Part shown: piece by piece, positions 29,158-38,849 of the stretch
How the letters are laid out: every line of letters starts with the position of its first letter
Position numbering within the stretch: position 1 is the stretch's first letter
Sequence record: DRR378314_232
DNA length: 56,058 nucleotides
Reading direction: 5' to 3' (one strand)
Position numbers and translations under genes: made by a program
The notes under the pieces: model-generated
The model's input: only the letters and a program-made list of their open reading frames with translations
The model's database searches: none
Told to the model about the DNA's origin: nothing

Positions 29158-30144
29158 TTATGTTGTCATGATATCGGAAACCCTCATAAGCTCCTTATCA
29201 ATTTTTGTATGTCCTTTTATTGCCTTACTGATCGGTGTAAGGGTAATTGTATTATCCTGTATACCCACCATTAAGTTAGTTTTCCCTTCCAACAATGCCT
29301 CTACTGCCTTAACACCCATTCTACTTGCCAAAACACGATCGAAACAAGATGGCGCCCCACCTCTTTGCATATGTCCCAAAACGGATACGCGCACATCATA
29401 AATGGGAAGATGTTCTTCTACGTATTCTTTTAGTTCGAAAACATTTTTACCTGTTTTATCGCCTTCCGCTACCACCACAATACTGGATGATTTTCCGGAT
29501 TGCTTACTGCGTTTCAAGGATTCCAACAATCTTTCGAGTCCCAAATTTTCCTCAGGAATCAAAATCTCTTCCGCTCCGGCACCAACACCCGCATTTAAGG
29601 CGATATGCCCAACATCCCGTCCCATAACCTCTACAAAGAACAGTCTATTGTGCGAACTGGCCGTATCCCTAATTTTATCGATACATTCAACGGCTGTATT
29701 CAATGCAGTATCAAATCCTAAGGTATAGGTAGTCCCGAAAATATCGTTGTCTATAGTTCCCGGGATTCCGATTACTGGAAAATCAAATTCCTTATTAAAG
29801 GTCAGTGCGCCTGTAAAGCTACCATCTCCGCCAATAACCACAAATGCATCTATGCCTGCTTTTTTTAACTGATCGTAAGCTACTTGACGGCCTTCCTTGG
29901 TCCTAAATGGTAAACAACGGGCAGATTTAAGGATTGTACCTCCCTTGTTTATAATGTTGTTCACACTACGGGCATCCATTACCTTAAAATCACCTTCCAT
30001 CATGCCTTCATATCCTCTATAGATACCAACGCATTCAACCTTCAAATAGGCACATGTACGTACTACTGCCCTAATAGCAGCATTCATTCCCGGTGAGTCT
30101 CCTCCTGATGTAAAAACACCAATCTTTTTTATTGCTGAAGCCAT
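29158..30144 (-). CDS. pfkA: ATP-dependent 6-phosphofructokinase
   Basis: TSGGDSPGMNA, GGDGS, PGTIDND, EVMGR, GHMQRGG. Confidence 0.97.
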   Translation of the reverse strand: MASAIKKIGVFTSGGDSPGMNAAIRAVVRTCAYLKVECVGIYRGYEGMMEGDFKVMDARSVNNIINKGGTILKSARCLPFRTKEGRQVAYDQLKKAGIDAFVVIGGDGSFTGALTFNKEFDFPVIGIPGTIDNDIFGTTYTLGFDTALNTAVECIDKIRDTASSHNRLFFVEVMGRDVGHIALNAGVGAGAEEILIPEENLGLERLLESLKRSKQSGKSSSIVVVAEGDKTGKNVFELKEYVEEHLPIYDVRVSVLGHMQRGGAPSCFDRVLASRMGVKAVEALLEGKTNLMVGIQDNTITLTPISKAIKGHTKIDKELMRVSDIMTT

Positions 30145-30160
30145 AAAAATTTTAAAAAAA

Positions 30161-30177
30161 CAAAACTAGCAAACTTA
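30161..30177 (-). promoter_or_regulatory. Two tandem TAnnTTTG elements upstream of pfkA
   Basis: TAAGTTTG (30170-30177) and TAGTTTTG (30161-30168) on the minus strand. Confidence 0.55.
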
Positions 30178-30339
30178 TTCCAATAATTACCCCACTTTGG
30201 CTTTAATTTGACGTCAACGGACCACTCCAACGTTTTCGTTGAATAATTTCTTGGAAATTGTTAAATTCATAATCAATTCTTCAGGAAAAGTGATTATTTA
30301 GAAATTGTCCAAAACAACCAAAAAGGTCAAAAAATACTC

Positions 30340-33300
30340 TTAATTCCTCCCTAAAATCTTACGCAATAGCTCTTTAAAACTGTCGAAGTCTACTTGATAG
30401 GAAAGTCCAACCCCTTGGGTATATCCCTGACGATCTGCCAGAAATTGCTGGATTTCATTTTCCCGATTGAATATTTTGGCACTTAGGGTCCCTTCTTCGT
30501 TCAACAAAATCTGAACTTCTACGTCACCGGCAACTACGGTTTCCGTCACTCCACCTACCGGGACCCCTACCCTTCCATTGAGCAGAACCCTGTCACTAAT
30601 CTGGGTAGACAAGGTTACCCCTAATCTATTCTCTGTCTGTATATCTGTAGTTCTATCCAAAATACCTTGTTCATAAGACAAGCCAAAATTTAATTTGTCA
30701 TTGTCGCCCGCCAATAGGGAATTGAGTATTCCTGAGGCAGATTGAAGCAGATTCCCCGTAACGGCCTGTTGGTTTATACCTGTCTGTTCATTTACAAAAG
30801 AGCCCTGTGCCAATAGAAAAAGGGCATTTTTTTCGGCTATGGTAGGATCTTGCAACCTGTATTCCAATTCGGATTTAACAATGGAGTTGGTACCTGGAAA
30901 TTCTATCCTCCAATCTATAACCGGACTTTCCAGCTCTCCGGTGAGCCTTACCACCACATCGGTGGGTATACGTCTTGTATATCCAGGATTGTCCAAGAGT
31001 GGGGCGGGATTGGCATTTAAGGAATATACGGCTTCCATATTTAATTGCGCCGCCAAGGGCTCCCTTTCCCAAGTAATATTACCACCTGGTTTCACTTTAA
31101 AGGTCTTATCTATAATACCGCCAAACTTATAGCGAAACTGCCCCGTCACCACAACGAAGTCCCCGTACATATTAAATTTACCGTTGGTATTGATCTCTAT
31201 AAACAAAATTCCTGCACCTGTCCCCCTCAAAGAACTGCCAGTTTTGGTATCTACAACTATTTCAACCTCCGCATCAGGGGTAACATCCAGGTTAAAGGCC
31301 AGCTCAAGACCCTCTACCTCCTTTAAAACCCGTTGCCCCTTTTCCGTATCCTCTACTTTCTTTCCCACAAAATTGATAAATGAAAAATCCCCAACGCTAA
31401 CCACATCACTTATAGGGATTTTTAAGGAAGTACCCCTTGCCGTTTCCCCGTCTACATTGATCGTAAGGGCTGTGGTGGGTCCAAATATTCTTCCCGTACC
31501 ATTTAAATACCCAGCACCATAGTACAATACCTCCTCCTTAAACGGAGTATTGAGTATTAAGAAACGGTCATTATTGGTATCTACATCCAAATCCAAACTC
31601 CAATCCTTAAATAACCTATGGGTTATGGTGCCATCCAAGGTTGCCTTGGTACTCATGGCCACATCGGTAAGTTTGATCTTCTGAAAATGAAAGGTCTGGT
31701 CCGATAACTTTACCCTGGAGTATGGCGCAAAACTATAATCCACATTTAAATAGGGAATAGCAATACCGGCTTCATTTAAAGACAGTACACCGCTCCAATT
31801 GGGATTGTTTATGGGCCCCTTTAATATGGCGCTGCCCTGCAACAGGCCACGGATATTGGTAATAACGCCCTCTCCCAACGGACTAAATGGTTCCAGATTA
31901 AACTTATTGAAATCCACTATGAGATTTGTCTGGGGAATCTCCTCCCTGTTGGAGATATTCCCGACCACACTGAGCTTCTCAAACCCATTATCCACCAAGG
32001 AAGTGTTCACCACAAAATCGGTCAAATCCCTATTGCCTACTATTCCAATGGCCAAATCTCCCAAGGTAATATTGTTGACCCCAAAGTTTTTGATATTCAA
32101 ATTGGAGGACGGCAAATAAACATTATCCTTCTGCAAAACGTTCAAGGTACCGTTTACCTCCCCATGCAACTTTAGACTATCTATTGCAGGCGTAATCTTA
32201 CCCAGGGAAACAATCTTAAACTGGAGTTCGATATCCTTATAGGTTGAATCTGCCAGTTGTCCCCGTAACCTAATTTGCTCCTGTTCATTATTGTTCATTA
32301 CTACCTCCTCAATAGTAATACTATCCAATGTTTTATTCAGGATTACCTTATTCTTGCTGTTACCATCCTTGTTGAGTATCCATTTATTTCCTTTAAAACT
32401 AACATCGGAAGTTTTTAGACCAATAACAGATTTGTTCTCCTTATTGAAGGTATGGTAGAAATTGAGGTTATAACTGTCATTATACTCGCTACCCCCTTTA
32501 AATTCCGTTCTAAAGAACAGGGTATCCTTTAAAGTGGTGTTTATCAGATTAAAATCTTTTACGTCATAGTAGGGCGTTGCTAGATCCCCAATAGAAACGT
32601 AGGTATTGAACAAGGGGTTCTTATTGTCTATCTTAACATCTATACTATCCAATTCATTACCATAGGCAACTATACTGGGCGATTTAAACGTTAGTTTAAA
32701 ATCTCCTTCATCGGCAATAATATTGCCCCTAATAAAGGTATTGGGATCAAACTTTACCTCTGGGAAAAACACGTCCACTATCTTGTTGTAGATTTTGAAA
32801 TTGAAGGCCAATCTCTGATTTGCCGAAATATTGAACGGTCTGTAATTGGTGTAAATACTTCCCAAGGAATTTTGGAGCAACCTACCCAATTCCTTGACTC
32901 TAAAATTGCCCTTTAAATATCCCGTAATTATATCCGGCGAATTAATATCGATAATGCGGGTGCTGTCATTTTCAAAGGTAGATGAGACCTTAAAATCCTC
33001 AAAGTAGTAGGTTTCGTTCTTGTTCTGGTAATTGGTTTTGGTAAATTTTATATCCCCTACAATATTGTCCAAGGAATTCCCACTAATATCCATATTTATA
33101 TCCCCCTTAAAAATGGATACACTATCATTTATAATATTTATCTTTTTAAGGTCGGCATAATCTACCGAGGCGATAAAATTGAAATTATTCCTGTTTTCCG
33201 CAAAATCGGCCAAGCCCTTAAAACTAAATTGCATATTTTCATCACTACATAAGAGGGAGCCATCAAAAAGCTGCTCTTTAAGTATCCCGGATACGTTGAT

Positions 33301-34704
33301 ATCCTTATAATCGTAGCCATTAAAATTTATGGAATACACCTGCCCTATTACCTCGGTGTTTAAATATTCCATAACCATTCCCTTGCCTTCCACATTAAAA
33401 TCCAGATTTGTAATACCCACCTTGTCGGATTCGATTAAATTTCCAAGATCAAAATCGATCAAAGACACAAAACCCTTGTAAGAGGCATCATCTATATGAT
33501 CAATATCTGTAAGTTCCAGATCCACATAACTACTTCCAATGAGAGTATTTATGTTGGCTTTGGTATTAATTGAAGATTCCGTGATAAGGGCATCTCCCCT
33601 AACCGTAAACTGGCCCAGTTTCTGAATTGAAGACGGCAACACATCCAAAATATTGGGAAGCAAGGCCCTAAGCTCATAGTAACTGGAAGTAACATTCCTC
33701 ATATTCGCTTCCAGCACAAAACCTACATCCTTTGTAAATAGGTTCTTGAAATTAAAATCCCCACGGATTCCCGTATTATCCGTTGTTAAAAAAAGGTCGT
33801 TCGTATTCAAATCGTTCAGTACCCCATCAACCATAGTAGAGAATGAAACAATGATATCACTTCCAAATTCATTATAGAGCAAGTTCACCTCATTTAAGGC
33901 TACGGTAGATTCTACGAATTCGGCATCAATTTTTACCTTGTTCAAAAAGTCCTTAAAATCCTCCCGTTCGTAATTGAATATCACCTTGCCCAATAAATTG
34001 GATTGAGGGGTCTTGATGCTGAGGGAGTCAAAACGCATCTGCTGTTTGGTATACTTGAATTCGGTAGCCATTTCATTTACGACCACTCCCCTTTTACTAT
34101 TAAAGGACATCTTTTGAATATTGGCCGTCACATCCGGACCAACAATGGTAAAATCCGAAGCGGAAATATTAAGATCTACAAAATTCAACATTTCTGTTGT
34201 CTCCCTATTTTCGTCTATGAGCTTAAATTTACTATCGCTTATTTCTACGTCGGAGGAAGAAAAATAAAATGGTGGAGTCCCCGGGGCACGTGGTTTTTTA
34301 TCGTCCAACTTATCAATAAACACCTCAAGATTGGTGCTCTTGTCATCCTGATAGGTTCTAAGTTTAAAATTGAGTCGCTCTATGGCTATATCGCCAAACT
34401 CCAATTTACCGTTCACCAAATTCCTAACGTTAAGGATGGAGGTACTTAAATTATCTATATAGAACAGGGTGTCCTGTTTGTAATCCTCAATATAAACGCC
34501 TTTGAGTGAAGTATCCCAGGAAATTAGGGAAATCCTTAAACGATCAATATTAATATTGGTGCCAAATTCCTTATTGATCTCTGTTGTGGCATACTTGGCA
34601 AAACGGGTCTGGACAAATGGCAAGGAAAGTATAACACTGCCCAAAACGCAAATAAGAACGAGCACCAAAAATACTCTGACCAGAATTTTTCTTAATTTTT
34701 TGAT
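30340..34704 (-). CDS. tamB: Translocation/assembly module TamB (DUF490) family protein
   Basis: About 1450 aa, N-terminal TM anchor (SLPFVQT), beta-rich body, C-terminal QGVGLSYQVDF. The ORF track starts at TTG 34668, but the frame is open to ATC 34704 (see findings). Confidence 0.85.
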   Translation of the reverse strand: MKKLRKILVRVFLVLVLICVLGSVILSLPFVQTRFAKYATTEINKEFGTNINIDRLRISLISWDTSLKGVYIEDYKQDTLFYIDNLSTSILNVRNLVNGKLEFGDIAIERLNFKLRTYQDDKSTNLEVFIDKLDDKKPRAPGTPPFYFSSSDVEISDSKFKLIDENRETTEMLNFVDLNISASDFTIVGPDVTANIQKMSFNSKRGVVVNEMATEFKYTKQQMRFDSLSIKTPQSNLLGKVIFNYEREDFKDFLNKVKIDAEFVESTVALNEVNLLYNEFGSDIIVSFSTMVDGVLNDLNTNDLFLTTDNTGIRGDFNFKNLFTKDVGFVLEANMRNVTSSYYELRALLPNILDVLPSSIQKLGQFTVRGDALITESSINTKANINTLIGSSYVDLELTDIDHIDDASYKGFVSLIDFDLGNLIESDKVGITNLDFNVEGKGMVMEYLNTEVIGQVYSINFNGYDYKDINVSGILKEQLFDGSLLCSDENMQFSFKGLADFAENRNNFNFIASVDYADLKKINIINDSVSIFKGDINMDISGNSLDNIVGDIKFTKTNYQNKNETYYFEDFKVSSTFENDSTRIIDINSPDIITGYLKGNFRVKELGRLLQNSLGSIYTNYRPFNISANQRLAFNFKIYNKIVDVFFPEVKFDPNTFIRGNIIADEGDFKLTFKSPSIVAYGNELDSIDVKIDNKNPLFNTYVSIGDLATPYYDVKDFNLINTTLKDTLFFRTEFKGGSEYNDSYNLNFYHTFNKENKSVIGLKTSDVSFKGNKWILNKDGNSKNKVILNKTLDSITIEEVVMNNNEQEQIRLRGQLADSTYKDIELQFKIVSLGKITPAIDSLKLHGEVNGTLNVLQKDNVYLPSSNLNIKNFGVNNITLGDLAIGIVGNRDLTDFVVNTSLVDNGFEKLSVVGNISNREEIPQTNLIVDFNKFNLEPFSPLGEGVITNIRGLLQGSAILKGPINNPNWSGVLSLNEAGIAIPYLNVDYSFAPYSRVKLSDQTFHFQKIKLTDVAMSTKATLDGTITHRLFKDWSLDLDVDTNNDRFLILNTPFKEEVLYYGAGYLNGTGRIFGPTTALTINVDGETARGTSLKIPISDVVSVGDFSFINFVGKKVEDTEKGQRVLKEVEGLELAFNLDVTPDAEVEIVVDTKTGSSLRGTGAGILFIEINTNGKFNMYGDFVVVTGQFRYKFGGIIDKTFKVKPGGNITWEREPLAAQLNMEAVYSLNANPAPLLDNPGYTRRIPTDVVVRLTGELESPVIDWRIEFPGTNSIVKSELEYRLQDPTIAEKNALFLLAQGSFVNEQTGINQQAVTGNLLQSASGILNSLLAGDNDKLNFGLSYEQGILDRTTDIQTENRLGVTLSTQISDRVLLNGRVGVPVGGVTETVVAGDVEVQILLNEEGTLSAKIFNRENEIQQFLADRQGYTQGVGLSYQVDFDSFKELLRKILGRN

Positions 34705-34718
34705 AGGGCTTTATGTTT

Positions 34719-34726
34719 TACCTTTG
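34719..34726 (+). promoter_or_regulatory. -7 element TACCTTTG for tsaD
   Basis: Exact TAnnTTTG 26 nt upstream of the GTG start; TTTG at 34699-34702. Confidence 0.55.
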
Positions 34727-34752
34727 TACATTCAAATTTTATTCCAAACAAA

Positions 34753-35778
34753 GTGGATAATAAAACTATTTATATTTTAGCCATTGAATCCTCGTGCGAT
34801 GACACTTCTGCCGCAGTATTGTGCGGCAATAGGACACTTAGCAATATTGTGGCCACGCAAAAAATACATGAGGAATACGGCGGGGTTGTTCCCGAACTCG
34901 CCTCTCGGGCACACCAACAAAATATTGTACCTGTGGTGCACCAAGCATTAGCCAAAGCAAATATCGATAAAAAACAGTTATCCGCCATAGCTTTTACACG
35001 CGGACCAGGACTAATGGGATCTTTATTGGTAGGAACCTCTTTTGCCAAATCCCTTTCCTTGGGATTGGGCATTCCCTTGATCGAGGTTAACCATATGCAG
35101 GCCCATATTTTATCGCACTTTATTGAGGAAGAAAATTACAAAATGCCTTCCTTCCCCTTTTTGGCAATGACCATTAGTGGAGGACATACGCAAGTAGTAT
35201 TGGTAAAGGATTACTTTGACATGGAAATTTTAGGCGAGTCCTTGGATGACGCGGTAGGGGAAGCCTATGACAAGAGTGCAAAAATATTGGGACTTCCATA
35301 TCCAGGTGGCCCCTTGGTTGACAAATATGCCCAGTTGGGAAACCCCAAGGCTTTTCCCTTTCCCAAGCCCAAGGTAGATGGATTAAACTTTAGTTTTAGC
35401 GGTCTAAAGACCAGTATTCTGTATTTTATACAGCGGGAAACAAAAAATAATCCAAATTTTATCGCTGAAAATTTAAACGATATCTGTGCTTCCATCCAAT
35501 ATACCATCATCAATATTCTAATGGATAAAATAAAGAAGGCCGTGAAGCAGACTGGTATAACACAAATAGCCATTGGCGGTGGAGTGTCTGCGAATTCGGG
35601 CATTAGACAGGCCCTTAAAAAGGCAGAGGAAAAATGGGGATGGACCACCTATATCCCAAAATTTGAATATTGTACGGATAATGCCGCCATGATAGGCATT
35701 GTAGGATATTTGAAATACAAAGAAATGGACTTTGTAGACCAAAGTATTACCGCCAAGGCGAGATACGTGATTGAATAA
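34753..35778 (+). CDS. tsaD: tRNA N6-threonylcarbamoyladenosine biosynthesis protein TsaD
   Basis: LAIESSCDDT, GGVVPELASRAH, HMQAH, SGGHT, DDAVGEAYDK, CTDNAAMI. Confidence 0.97.
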   Translation: MDNKTIYILAIESSCDDTSAAVLCGNRTLSNIVATQKIHEEYGGVVPELASRAHQQNIVPVVHQALAKANIDKKQLSAIAFTRGPGLMGSLLVGTSFAKSLSLGLGIPLIEVNHMQAHILSHFIEEENYKMPSFPFLAMTISGGHTQVVLVKDYFDMEILGESLDDAVGEAYDKSAKILGLPYPGGPLVDKYAQLGNPKAFPFPKPKVDGLNFSFSGLKTSILYFIQRETKNNPNFIAENLNDICASIQYTIINILMDKIKKAVKQTGITQIAIGGGVSANSGIRQALKKAEEKWGWTTYIPKFEYCTDNAAMIGIVGYLKYKEMDFVDQSITAKARYVIE

Positions 35779-35835
35779 CAAGGTCCAAGGTTCAAGGTTT
35801 ACTGAATTATTGCTCCATTACTTGATAGTACTTGA
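35779..35835. repeat. Short heptamer repeats (CAAGGTY x3; TACTTGA x2)
   Basis: caaggtc-caaggtt-caaggtt at 35779-35799 and tacttga at 35819 and 35829. Confidence 0.5.
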
Positions 35836-35885
35836 CTAGGACAAATCATTTTTTTTGAATATGTATCTTGAAATCATAAAATATT

Positions 35886-36233
35886 ATGGCATACAACGAA
35901 CAATTTGCACAACGAATAAGGGCCAGTTTTGAATTGCAGCCCCAAGCTGTGCGATCGAATATTACCGAAAAGAAAATGTTTGGTGGAATTGCCTTTTTAT
36001 ATTGTGGCAAAATGACTGTAGGCATTATAAAGGACAATCTTATGGTAAGGGTCATCTCCAGTAAAATGGATAGGATTCTGAGTTCTGAACACGCAAGACC
36101 TATGGATTTTACAAACCGTCCCATGAAAGAGTTCGTCTATGTCTCCCAGGAGGGAATTGATACCGCGGAACAATTATTAAATTACATTGAATTAGGACTG
36201 GAACACGCCAAACAAAAACTGAATAAATTATAA
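35886..36233 (+). CDS. TfoX/Sxy N-terminal domain protein
   Basis: MAYNE...RIR, EKKMFGG.AF, MDFT.RPMK.FV.V. Confidence 0.85.
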   Translation: MAYNEQFAQRIRASFELQPQAVRSNITEKKMFGGIAFLYCGKMTVGIIKDNLMVRVISSKMDRILSSEHARPMDFTNRPMKEFVYVSQEGIDTAEQLLNYIELGLEHAKQKLNKL

Positions 36234-36249
36234 TCTTCACAACTAGAGC

Positions 36250-36954
36250 ATGCAACTTTTCTACCATTCCGAATTAGAAAACAATACGGACCAATTTATT
36301 TTTCCTCCCGATGAAAGTCGGCATATTTCCAAAGTACTGAGGAAAAATGCGGGCGATATTTTGCAGATCACCAACGGTAAAGGGCTTTGGTTTGAAGCCG
36401 AGATTCTTGTTCCCGACCATAAAAAATGTAAGGCAAAAGTAGTTTCCCGAACCCAGGTACCACCAAAACCGTATCAACTCCATATGGTTGTGGCCCCAAC
36501 AAAACTTAACGACCGATTTGAGTGGTTTTTGGAGAAGGCAACAGAAATTGGGGTTCATCAGATTACCCCCATTATTTGTGACCATTCCGAAAGAAAGGTC
36601 ATTAAAATGGACAGAATGGAGAAGGTTATCCAAGCTGCCATGAAACAATCCCTACAATCCCATTTGCCACAATTAAATCCCGCTATTTCCTTTAAAGAAT
36701 ACATGACCCAACCTAAGAGTGGGGAACTGTACATAGCACATTGCGAGGAAGATAAAAAAACGGAACTGTCCCATTGCGCAGCTGCCAAAGAAAACACTAC
36801 CATTTTAATTGGCCCGGAAGGCGATTTCTCTCCGGAAGAGATAAAATTGGCCTTGGACAACGGATTTGGGGCGGTTGCTTTGGGAAACACAAGGTTGCGC
36901 ACAGAAACTGCAGCCATAGTGGCCTGTACCACCATTGCCTTAATTAACTTGTAA
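36250..36954 (+). CDS. rsmE: 16S rRNA m3U1498 methyltransferase
   Basis: H..KVLR, EKATEIG, IGPEGDFS, LG..RLRTETA. Confidence 0.95.
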   Translation: MQLFYHSELENNTDQFIFPPDESRHISKVLRKNAGDILQITNGKGLWFEAEILVPDHKKCKAKVVSRTQVPPKPYQLHMVVAPTKLNDRFEWFLEKATEIGVHQITPIICDHSERKVIKMDRMEKVIQAAMKQSLQSHLPQLNPAISFKEYMTQPKSGELYIAHCEEDKKTELSHCAAAKENTTILIGPEGDFSPEEIKLALDNGFGAVALGNTRLRTETAAIVACTTIALINL

Positions 36955-37099
36955 TGCACAATTGGACATATCTTGACGAGGTATAGTTTTATTAAGAATT
37001 AATATTCTTTGCCAAACCATGGAATGTTATACATGGCCCTTTTAGTTTTTTAACTGGTTAATATTCTTAAATTTGAATATCGTAATAGTCCGAGTGCAT

Positions 37100-37750
37100 A
37101 TGAAGCAGCTAGTTATAATATTATTGATATTCAATTTTTATATGACCGATAGTTCATACGCGCAGGAAATCGCCATTTTAAAATATGGTGGCGGAGGCGA
37201 TTGGTACGCAAATCCTACAGGACTTCCTAACCTAATAAAATTCTGCAACCAACAACTTAGGACTACCATAGACCCCAAGCCGCAAACAGTGGAGGTAGGT
37301 AGCCCCAATATCTTTCAATATCCATTTATACATATGACCGGGCATGGAAACATATTTTTTTCAGGGGAGGAAGCAGAAAACCTAAGAACCTATTTACTGG
37401 CCGGCGGATTTTTACACATAGATGACAATTATGGAATGGAACCCTATCTGCGCAAAGAACTCGCCAAAGTATTTCCGGACAAGGAAATCATAGAATTAGG
37501 AGCAGATCACCCCATTTTTCGGCAACAATTCCAATTTCCAAAAGGATTGCCCAAGATACATGAACATGACGGCAAACGTCCACAGGCGTTTGGCATTTTC
37601 GAGCAAAACCGCCTAATACTTCTTTTTACATTTGAAAGCGACCTTGGGGACGGTTGGGAAGACCCTGAAGTGCATAACGACCCCCAAGAGGTCCGATTAA
37701 AGGCTTTACAAATGGGAGCCAATATTATCTCCTACGTTTTTAAAAGTTAA
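37100..37750 (+). CDS. DUF4159 domain protein
   Basis: GGGGDWY, MTGHG, GGFLHIDDNYG, DLGDGWE. Start set at ATG 37100; TAAATTTG promoter element at 37068-37075. Confidence 0.85.
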   Translation: MKQLVIILLIFNFYMTDSSYAQEIAILKYGGGGDWYANPTGLPNLIKFCNQQLRTTIDPKPQTVEVGSPNIFQYPFIHMTGHGNIFFSGEEAENLRTYLLAGGFLHIDDNYGMEPYLRKELAKVFPDKEIIELGADHPIFRQQFQFPKGLPKIHEHDGKRPQAFGIFEQNRLILLFTFESDLGDGWEDPEVHNDPQEVRLKALQMGANIISYVFKS

Positions 37751-37753
37751 AAT

Positions 37754-38842
37754 ATGACATCAAAGACAATAGCAGAAGGTATTTTAAGGGCTCTTGGAGT
37801 TATTGTAGCCATTGTAATACTACTGGCTTTCCTATATAAAATTAGTGCCGTTCTTATATACATAGCAATAGCTGCAGTTGCGAGCTTGATTGGACGGCCC
37901 ATTGTTTTATTTTTTCGTCAGAAATTAAAATTCAACAATACGGTGGCTGTTATAATAACTATGATTTTCCTTGTTGGGGTCGTTGCCGGGGTAATTGCAC
38001 TATTTGTACCCTTGCTTATTCAACAGGGACAGAACCTATCCCTTCTTAACATAGATGCCCTACAGACCAATTTGGAAGACTTGTACCGCCAGCTCCTGCA
38101 ATATATTGGGGTTAAATCCGAAGACTTGGAGCAAAGTATTAAAGATTCCCAGTTGTTTTCCAACCTTAACTTTGGAATTCTTCCAGATTTCCTAAACTCA
38201 ATAATCGGCATATTGGGAAGTTTTAGCGTAGGACTGTTTTCCGTACTTTTTATAGCCTTCTTCTTTTTAAAGGACAGTAAGCTTTTTGAAGCATCCATAC
38301 TCACCCTAATCCCTGATAATAAGGAAAATAGATTTCAACATTCCATGGAAACCATCAAAAATTTGCTTTCCCGGTATTTTGTTGGCCTGGTGCTCCAAAT
38401 CTTGATCCTGTTTGTCATTTACTCTATTGTCCTTTTCATTTTTGGAATCGAAAACGCTATAGTAATCGCCTTTCTCTGTGCACTTCTAAACCTTATTCCC
38501 TACATAGGCCCTATTATTGGAGGCATATTAATGGCGGTTTTAACCATGACCAGTAACGTGGGAGCCGATTTTAGCAGTGTAATTTTACCAAAAACCGGCT
38601 ATGTAATGATCGGTTTCATCATTGGCCAATTGGTAGACAACTTTTTCTCCCAGCCTTTTATCTTTTCAAGCAGCGTAAAATCGCACCCCTTGGAAATTTT
38701 CCTGATCATCATTATCGGAGGTTTGCTCCTAGGAGTAACAGGAATGATTATAGCGGTACCTGGCTATACGGCGATAAAAGTGATCTTAAAGGAATTTTTT
38801 AATGAGAATAAAATTGTGAAATCCCTTACCAAAAATTTATAA
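37754..38842 (+). CDS. AI-2E family transporter
   Basis: Multi-TM protein; LNLIPYIGP, Q.VDN...P, HPLEI, GMIIAVP. Confidence 0.9.
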   Translation: MTSKTIAEGILRALGVIVAIVILLAFLYKISAVLIYIAIAAVASLIGRPIVLFFRQKLKFNNTVAVIITMIFLVGVVAGVIALFVPLLIQQGQNLSLLNIDALQTNLEDLYRQLLQYIGVKSEDLEQSIKDSQLFSNLNFGILPDFLNSIIGILGSFSVGLFSVLFIAFFFLKDSKLFEASILTLIPDNKENRFQHSMETIKNLLSRYFVGLVLQILILFVIYSIVLFIFGIENAIVIAFLCALLNLIPYIGPIIGGILMAVLTMTSNVGADFSSVILPKTGYVMIGFIIGQLVDNFFSQPFIFSSSVKSHPLEIFLIIIIGGLLLGVTGMIIAVPGYTAIKVILKEFFNENKIVKSLTKNL

Positions 38843-38849
38843 CCCCACC

